NCBI GenBank assembly: GCA_043771635.1
Contig: JAYVHA010000019.1
Location: forward strand, 71,009 to 135,008
DNA length: 64,000 bases
Direction of reading: 5' to 3'
Source: Candidatus Woesearchaeota archaeon
GTDB taxonomy: Archaea > Nanobdellota > Nanobdellia > Woesearchaeales > SKIA01
Shown here one piece after another: positions 57,779 through 64,000 of the stretch. The notes under the pieces were generated by a model, which did not search any database, was not told where the DNA came from, and saw nothing but the letters and a program-made list of their open reading frames with translations. Position 1 is the first letter of the stretch. The number at the start of each line of letters is the position of its first letter. Both the position numbers and the translations under genes were made by a program.

Positions 57779-60403
57779 ATGAAAATTCCTGTTCGAGCGT
57801 CCCTAGCAAGCATCATATTGGCAGCATCTTGTGGTGGAGGTGGCGGAGACCCTGGTTGTGGCAGTACGTGCCCACCACCAGCAGACACAACACCTCCAAG
57901 TGTTCAAGTGAGTAGTACTGGCGGAATCGGAAAAGGATCTTTTTCCATGACTGCCGCAGATAATGAAAGCGCAGTAAGTAGTACAGAACTCTATCTTAAC
58001 GATACTCGCGTTCGCAGTGGAACAGGCGCATTAAGTGTCGCTGATACCACGCTCGCTCCAGGTACATACACTGTGCGTGGAGCTGCAACGAGTCGCGGCG
58101 GAACAGGACAAAATTCATCGCAGTTCACCGTTACTGCGCCAATACCAACAGTTTCTATTACCAATGCAAGTGTTCTTCCTGCTTCCGTGCTTGAAGGCGA
58201 CAGCGCGCGCGTGACAGGAACTGCAACAGCAAGCGACCTAGGAGCAGTCACAGTAAATGCTGTATACAATAATCAAACCGTAGCAACTGGAACCGGAACT
58301 GCCACAGGAACTATTCAAGCAACTAATCCAGCCGCACCCACCATTAATGCTTCTCGCAATGGAGGCAGCGCAACTCAAACTGCAGCATGGACATACACAC
58401 CTCTGAGCGTAACTGCAACTCCTGCAAGCAATACAGCAACCGTAGGACAAAGTATTAACGTTCCGTACAGCGCTCCTGTCGGCACAGACAGCGCAGGCGT
58501 AATCGCAAGCGACGGACGACGCTTCATTGGAGCAAATAATACAGGAACCGTAAGCGTTCCAATTACAGCAGCCGGCGCACTCACACTAACACCAATTGCA
58601 TACAATGGAAAGCCAGTAGTAAGTAAACAAGGCACAGCGAGCACAGTAACAGGCACAGTCGCCTCAGTATCTATCACAAACGCAAGCGTACTACCTGCAA
58701 CAGTTCTTGAAGGAGACAGCGCGCGAGTAACAGGCACCGCAACTGCAAGCGACCTAGGAGCAGTCGCAGTTAACTTACTTTACAAAAATCAAACAGTTGC
58801 CAGTGGTACCGGAACAGCAACAGGAATGATTCAAGCAACAGACGCCGCAGCCCCAATTGTAAACGCAACACGAAACGGTAGCAGCGCAACTCAAACTGCA
58901 GCATGGACGTATACTCCGCTTAGTATTACTGCAACTCCATCACGCAATACCGCAACCATAGGCCAAAGTATCGACGTGGCGTACAACGCACCGCTCGGCA
59001 CAGACAGCGCAGGCGTAATTGCAAGCGACGGACGACGCTTCATTAGAGCAAATAATACAGGAACCGTAAGCGTTCCAATTACAACCGCAGGCGCACTCAC
59101 ACTAACACCAATTGCATACAATGGTAAGCCAGTTGTTAGTAGGCAAGGTACAGCAAGCACAGTAACAGGCACTGTTGCGCCATCAGCGCCGACAGCACAG
59201 AACTTTAGTGCTAATATTAACGAAGCTGACAGCCTCGTAGTTGACTTAACTGGCCGCACAACAGGACTAACAGGACGAGCATTTACTGCACCAGTAAGCG
59301 CACTCTATGACGTCACTATTAGAGGAAACAATCTAATCTTGAAAGCAAAAGCGCAAGGCGCAACCGCGTGGGACGACGTAGCAGTGAATGGAAATGCAAC
59401 ATACAGTGTTACTGATGCAAATGGCACTGCTAGCGGCAGTATTGCTGTTGGTATGCTAGCGCAACCAGACTTATTTGTAACACCTGCTGAAACAGCAGAC
59501 TCAGCGCGCGTCTTGAATGCAACAATGAACGTTAGATTGAATGGAGTTACTTATGCGGTACCAGTTGCAGGACGTAAAATCCAAGCAAGGACAGGTGCAA
59601 ATACACTTGAACTTGCAGCTAATGGTGGATTCTATAGTCTCAATGACTGGCAAATACCGGGCGCTCGCACGCCACTGAACGCGAACATGACATCTGCTGC
59701 CGTTACTTTGGAAGCTACTGATCGCACAGTTCCAGTAAAATTCCTACACGCAAACGTACACCCAGAATATAGAAGCGATGCGAACGTTCTATTGAATAGT
59801 AAACTGCACATAGATCAAGCGTATACGGGAAACAATCCTAATGGTGGATTTTCAGGTATGACGCCAGGGATAAAAATAATCTATACTCCCTTAAGTTCTG
59901 TGACTCTCGGTGGAAACCAATTATGTGCCGCTACACCCCAAGCTCGTGCAGATGCATACAAGGCTGCGGTAATTAGCGCTAACAATGACAATGTAAGCAA
60001 CGGCCTCCCCTCACAGCTAGAACATGTTACTGTAGCAACTCTTCCAGCAAGCGTTGCAACACTTAACCCATCAACGGGATTCATTGAGATTGCACCCAAC
60101 GTTGGCGTAGTCTGCGACCGCAGCACAGGAAGTCCTACGAATGTACTATACCTGGACGCCTCCGGTCACTTTATGGCATTCATTGGTCGTGTACCGTCAG
60201 CAAACCCTACTGTACAAATCCAAGTGGAAACAAATAACCTTGCGGACTTGGCTGGTGAAGCTCTTAGCGCTAGCAACTACACCCGTCAAGCTCTAAACGG
60301 AGGCTTAATACTCAAACCAGGAGACATATTTGTCAAACAATACATTCGTCCTCTGGCGGACGAGCTCGCGAAACAAGGCAAGCCTGCTCTCAAACTTCAA
60401 TAA
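57779..60403 (+). CDS. Ig-like repeat lipoprotein/adhesin with 172-aa internal duplication
   Basis: MKIPVR...LAASC-GGGGG lipobox; DTTPPSV Ig domain; duplicated unit; APTAQN..NINEA cadherin/Big-like domain. Confidence 0.82.
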   Translation: MKIPVRASLASIILAASCGGGGGDPGCGSTCPPPADTTPPSVQVSSTGGIGKGSFSMTAADNESAVSSTELYLNDTRVRSGTGALSVADTTLAPGTYTVRGAATSRGGTGQNSSQFTVTAPIPTVSITNASVLPASVLEGDSARVTGTATASDLGAVTVNAVYNNQTVATGTGTATGTIQATNPAAPTINASRNGGSATQTAAWTYTPLSVTATPASNTATVGQSINVPYSAPVGTDSAGVIASDGRRFIGANNTGTVSVPITAAGALTLTPIAYNGKPVVSKQGTASTVTGTVASVSITNASVLPATVLEGDSARVTGTATASDLGAVAVNLLYKNQTVASGTGTATGMIQATDAAAPIVNATRNGSSATQTAAWTYTPLSITATPSRNTATIGQSIDVAYNAPLGTDSAGVIASDGRRFIRANNTGTVSVPITTAGALTLTPIAYNGKPVVSRQGTASTVTGTVAPSAPTAQNFSANINEADSLVVDLTGRTTGLTGRAFTAPVSALYDVTIRGNNLILKAKAQGATAWDDVAVNGNATYSVTDANGTASGSIAVGMLAQPDLFVTPAETADSARVLNATMNVRLNGVTYAVPVAGRKIQARTGANTLELAANGGFYSLNDWQIPGARTPLNANMTSAAVTLEATDRTVPVKFLHANVHPEYRSDANVLLNSKLHIDQAYTGNNPNGGFSGMTPGIKIIYTPLSSVTLGGNQLCAATPQARADAYKAAVISANNDNVSNGLPSQLEHVTVATLPASVATLNPSTGFIEIAPNVGVVCDRSTGSPTNVLYLDASGHFMAFIGRVPSANPTVQIQVETNNLADLAGEALSASNYTRQALNGGLILKPGDIFVKQYIRPLADELAKQGKPALKLQ
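58151..59182 (+). repeat. 516-bp in-frame tandem duplication
   Basis: 58151-58666 vs 58667-59182 (VSITNASVLP...TASTVTGTVA twice). Confidence 0.9.
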
Positions 60404-62211
60404 AGGTTTACGGGAACGTAATCATAGAACGGGTTCTGCCCATACTTCCCACCAGGAATTGAGCAACACGCTCGCGTAGAATCAACGCAAGCAGATTGCG
60501 ACCAATAAGAAGCCAAGTTACATTGACCCGAGTCAGTGCATTCAGAGGTGTCTTCGCAGCGACCCAAACCGCCGTCGTATGTCTGTCCGTTAGCGCAGCA
60601 ACGATTAGCGAGCGACGTACAGTAGTATCCACTTTGCGGCGCGCCAAGGCTAGCGCAGTTTTGACCTGCGGTGCCTGCGTTGCAGACAGGCGCTACACAG
60701 GAGCCACCAGAAGGAGTTAGTCCTAAGCAACAAGCGCATGTGCCGCTAAGTGTTGAGCCGCCTGCCTCCATGCAACCACTTCCTGAAGGATTCCATTGTG
60801 ACTGCGAGGAACATGAGCCGCCACCGCAACTAGTGATGTGCCCTGCAGGAGTGGAACCAGTATAATAGCAACAAGAATTGCACGTAAAGTCAGTATCTGC
60901 TCCACTAAGAAGTGAGCAAGAAACACCCTCCGTATTAATCAAATTCCCCGGGAGCGAACCTTGTCGCACCCAATCACCACACATAGGTTTCTCGCATTGA
61001 TCAGCGACATTAGGACCCATAAGGTCGCAACAACTGCATGAAAAAGCAACCTTGAGGGTTGAATCCCTAACTCGACCTAAGCCACCTTCACCCATGCAAC
61101 TGCTACCACTATTCCAGTCCGAATAAGTATTACAAGCAGGAGGACGAGTTTCACATTCATAATTACCATTCACATATCCTGAGCAACAAGCACACGTATT
61201 ACCGCTGCCGTCTTGATTAGGACCACCATTACCCATGCAACTGCTACCACTATTCCAATTGGCGTCTGTTGAGCACGATGACGCAATACAAACACCAGCA
61301 TTACTCAGACCTGAGCAGCAAGTACACGCATTACCGCCAACGGAAATTGGTCCGCCTACGTCCATGCAGTTTGAAGCCCCCACCCAATTAGAATCTCCTG
61401 AACAAGTGGCCGCCGGAGCGCCACAAACATTAGGAGTAACAGCGCCACAAGTCTCACCATTCACAGTACACAAAGTACCTTTACCAGTACAACCAGCACA
61501 AGTCACATCAACAATATCGACACCACAACTAACAGTGCTCGCAGCAGGACACGAAGGAGTACACGCGGCAGCCACACATGCAGCCCCATTCCAAGTTTTA
61601 CCAAGCGGACAGCAAATGCCGTTTGAATCGGATAGTCCTAAGCAACAAGTAAAAATACTATCTCTGAACGACGTAGGGTTGGTGGCTTGATTCGGAACAC
61701 AACTGGGTGTCCGCAGAGGAGGCTGACCCTCCACACCACAGGCCGAGCAAGTTCCCGGCGAATAGGAATAGCTCGTACAGCCAGTCCCCCCGCAGATTAT
61801 GCTCCCGGAGAGGAAACCATTACAGCATTCACCCACAAAACAACCCAAGCCGAGTTGGCTACACTCGCCACCTCCGCCAGCGGTTTGACAGGAACCGGAA
61901 ATACATAACAGACCTCCTCCGCATGCGGCACCCTGACCTGTACAGGCAGGACAGTACGAAGTACCGTCCGAACCACACGCTACTACATCCGAGTAAAACG
62001 ATGCAGTACAATACCCAGGATTCGGATCTTCTTGGTAACACTCAAACTCAATTCCATTGTCTTGACATCTTTCAGCTGTACAAGCAATACCGTCATTACA
62101 GGAAGGGTCACTCCAACCAGAACAACGCTGACTCGTAAAGCCTGCAGCACTTACGCCGCTTACAAAGATACTTAGACTGAAGACAATCGCTAAAACAAAG
62201 GAGTATCGCAC
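60397..62211 (-). CDS. Secreted Cys/Gly-rich repeat protein
   Basis: Signal peptide; very high Cys content; four C-x5-W-x4/5-CM-x2-GG...C-x-CC units; no TM anchor. Confidence 0.8.
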   Translation of the reverse strand: MRYSFVLAIVFSLSIFVSGVSAAGFTSQRCSGWSDPSCNDGIACTAERCQDNGIEFECYQEDPNPGYCTASFYSDVVACGSDGTSYCPACTGQGAACGGGLLCISGSCQTAGGGGECSQLGLGCFVGECCNGFLSGSIICGGTGCTSYSYSPGTCSACGVEGQPPLRTPSCVPNQATNPTSFRDSIFTCCLGLSDSNGICCPLGKTWNGAACVAAACTPSCPAASTVSCGVDIVDVTCAGCTGKGTLCTVNGETCGAVTPNVCGAPAATCSGDSNWVGASNCMDVGGPISVGGNACTCCSGLSNAGVCIASSCSTDANWNSGSSCMGNGGPNQDGSGNTCACCSGYVNGNYECETRPPACNTYSDWNSGSSCMGEGGLGRVRDSTLKVAFSCSCCDLMGPNVADQCEKPMCGDWVRQGSLPGNLINTEGVSCSLLSGADTDFTCNSCCYYTGSTPAGHITSCGGGSCSSQSQWNPSGSGCMEAGGSTLSGTCACCLGLTPSGGSCVAPVCNAGTAGQNCASLGAPQSGYYCTSLANRCCANGQTYDGGLGRCEDTSECTDSGQCNLASYWSQSACVDSTRACCSIPGGKYGQNPFYDYVPVNLY

Positions 62212-62384
62212 ATTTATTCAACCCTTGCAGAGTTTATATATTTTGCTTCCGTTGAAATCCACTATATTCACATAGCTCGAAATCATAATTATGCTTATTA
62301 CGTTACATCTATATAACATAAAACGCATCGCCTAAAAATTTACACGAGCAAATAGTACACTAACACAATTAGCAAATGTAAACG

Positions 62385-62789
62385 TTAACGAACGTTTATT
62401 CTTAAAATGGCGTCGTCCGCGCATTCAACGCAACGCAGAGTTAGATTTTGATCTACCAGTATTCCTATTAGTTGCGTGTCGCCAGGTTTCAAATTATATT
62501 TTCTTCCGTCGCTTGGCACAACAATAGTCAAGTTTGCTCGCGCAGTCAGATATAATTTCAGCGTATCCATTCGATCCAATGTAATGACACTCGGCTCGAA
62601 GTACTTCTCAGTCACTATTGCGCGCCCATTAACTGATTTTGGATAGATTGCTTCGACAACGTCCGCAGTCTTATTTGGCACAACTACAGTATCAACTCGT
62701 GAAACTGATTGTTGTTTAACAGTAAAATAAAGTAAACCTAAAACTGCTAAGACAACAACTCCAATAATTACTATTGTCGTTCTGCGCAC
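62385..62789 (-). CDS. Membrane-anchored hypothetical protein, possibly cupredoxin-like fold
   Basis: N-terminal TM; FEPSVITL, LRCVECAD, C-terminal INV. Confidence 0.55.
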   Translation of the reverse strand: MRRTTIVIIGVVVLAVLGLLYFTVKQQSVSRVDTVVVPNKTADVVEAIYPKSVNGRAIVTEKYFEPSVITLDRMDTLKLYLTARANLTIVVPSDGRKYNLKPGDTQLIGILVDQNLTLRCVECADDAILRINVR

Positions 62790-62962
62790 CTGTTACACCC
62801 GAATTAAGTAATATATAAATGCGTTGCGTCCATAACATCAAATATCCTTGTTACGTCAGAGCAAATGTAACTAATAACACCATATAGAAAATAATAAACC
62901 AATTTATAAACTTCCCGTCCATACGAGTATATAAAGTCACGTCTCCGTAGTAACAAGGGAAT

Positions 62963-63166
62963 ATGGCACGAAAAACATACGACGTCGAAGACTTCGACGA
63001 TGAATTCGAGAGTAAGTACGACTCAATGTTCGGCGACAAGAAAGCAAAAGGCGCTGAAGAGTTCGATCACGATGCTGTAACAGGACGTCCAAACAAGCGC
63101 CCTAAAATGAGCCTTCTAAACAAAGCAAAAGTTTCAAAGCAAGAGCTTGACGAATTGTTTATGTGA
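62963..63166 (+). CDS. Small hypothetical protein with acidic N-terminal half
   Basis: 67 aa; AAGGGA RBS-like element and upstream TATA-like boxes. Confidence 0.55.
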   Translation: MARKTYDVEDFDDEFESKYDSMFGDKKAKGAEEFDHDAVTGRPNKRPKMSLLNKAKVSKQELDELFM

Positions 63167-63259
63167 AATTTGCTGAAAAGCTATTTTGAAACAAACATCT
63201 GATGCTCCACTGGACATCTGCGCGAGAAGCATATAAGAAAGCTAATATCTTAATGATGC

Positions 63260-64000
63260 ATGGAAAACAAGCTCATCATATTTCAGGATAAGAAAATCCG
63301 AAGAGCATGGCACAATAATGAATGGTATTTCTCAATAATAGACATTGTTGAAGTTTTGACCGACAGCACTAATTCTACTGATTACTTTAAAAAATTAAGA
63401 AAAAGAGATTTAGAACTAGGGAGCTACATAGGGACAAATTGTCCCCAAGTAGATATGCCAACAAGCTCAGGCAAGCTTAGAAAGACCCTGGGAGGCAATA
63501 CGAAGGACATCTTCAGGATTATCCAATCTATCCCATCTAGAAAAGCAGAACCCTTCAAGCTATGGCTAGCGCAGGTCGGATATGAACGAATTGAAGAAAT
63601 TGAGAACCCCGAAGTAGGACAAGACAGAATCAAAGAATACTACGAATTAAAGGGTTACCCTAAAGCTTGGATAGACAAAAGGCTTAGAGGCATAGCTATA
63701 CGGCAAGAATTAACAGATGAGTGGCTAAACAGAGATATCAAAACAGAGCAAGAATTTGCTATTCTTACTAACGAGATTTCAAAAGCCACATTTGGAAAAA
63801 CCGTAGGCGAGTACAAAGATTTCAAACAACTACAAAAGAAAAATCAGAACCTACGAGATCACATGACTGATTGGGAACTTCTCTTGACCATGGTCGGCGA
63901 AAAAGCCACTACCGACATCACAATAGAAAAGAATTCACAAGGATTGGAAGAATGCAAGGAATCTGCAAATAGGGGAGGAAACATTGCCAAAAGAGCAAAA
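63260..64000 (+). CDS. Bro-N domain (antirepressor-like) protein, runs off window end
   Basis: Not in ORF track; translated by hand: MENKLIIFQDKKIRRAWHNNEWYFSIIDIVEVLTDS...RIIQSIPSRKAEPFKLWLAQVGYERIEEIENPE...NLRDHMTD. Confidence 0.88.
   Translation, partial: MENKLIIFQDKKIRRAWHNNEWYFSIIDIVEVLTDSTNSTDYFKKLRKRDLELGSYIGTNCPQVDMPTSSGKLRKTLGGNTKDIFRIIQSIPSRKAEPFKLWLAQVGYERIEEIENPEVGQDRIKEYYELKGYPKAWIDKRLRGIAIRQELTDEWLNRDIKTEQEFAILTNEISKATFGKTVGEYKDFKQLQKKNQNLRDHMTDWELLLTMVGEKATTDITIEKNSQGLEECKESANRGGNIAKRAK

Noticed and set aside
58151-59182. Diversity-generating retroelement TR/VR pair (also considered for 61090-61257)
   Set aside because: Both copies are in-frame coding, differences are mostly synonymous and not adenine-specific, and no reverse transcriptase is present
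63260-64000. Prophage call from the Bro-N gene
   Set aside because: No integrase, terminase, capsid or att site within the window

Overview
Archaeal chromosomal segment, most likely from a DPANN-type (Woesearchaeota-like) organism. The archaeal assignment rests on eS1/Rps3Ae, aEF-1beta, stand-alone Bud32, type II Met aminopeptidase, proteasome beta next to aCPSF1, TATA-box leaderless promoters and class III signal peptides; the DPANN assignment is inference. Three blocks: (1) 1-15 kb, housekeeping genes (pyrG 3' part, ef1b, gyrB, rps3ae, bud32, hisS, map) mixed with ORFans, a VapBC pair and a twin-arginine Amidase_2 peptidoglycan hydrolase; (2) 14.8-42.1 kb, a surface-glycan/protein-sorting locus with a signal peptidase I, DUF1616- and DUF2206-like membrane proteins, 2 GT2, 5 GT4 domains, a CE4 deacetylase, a flippase, a GH39-like and a PQQ-sugar-dehydrogenase-like surface protein, an exosortase/archaeosortase and a VPEF-CTERM substrate; (3) 42.3-64 kb, aCPSF1-psmB, an MNT-HEPN pair, a type IV (Tad-like) pilus operon, two large Cys-rich secreted proteins (one with disintegrin-like repeats), an Ig-like lipoprotein and a partial Bro-N gene. 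The most notable unannotated signal is a 16-bp palindrome (ACTACT-N4-AGTAGT) lying 43-44 nt upstream of four unlinked secretion/surface genes, including the amidase. No rRNA, tRNA, CRISPR array, transposase or integrase was seen. All family calls come from reading motifs by eye, not from database searches.
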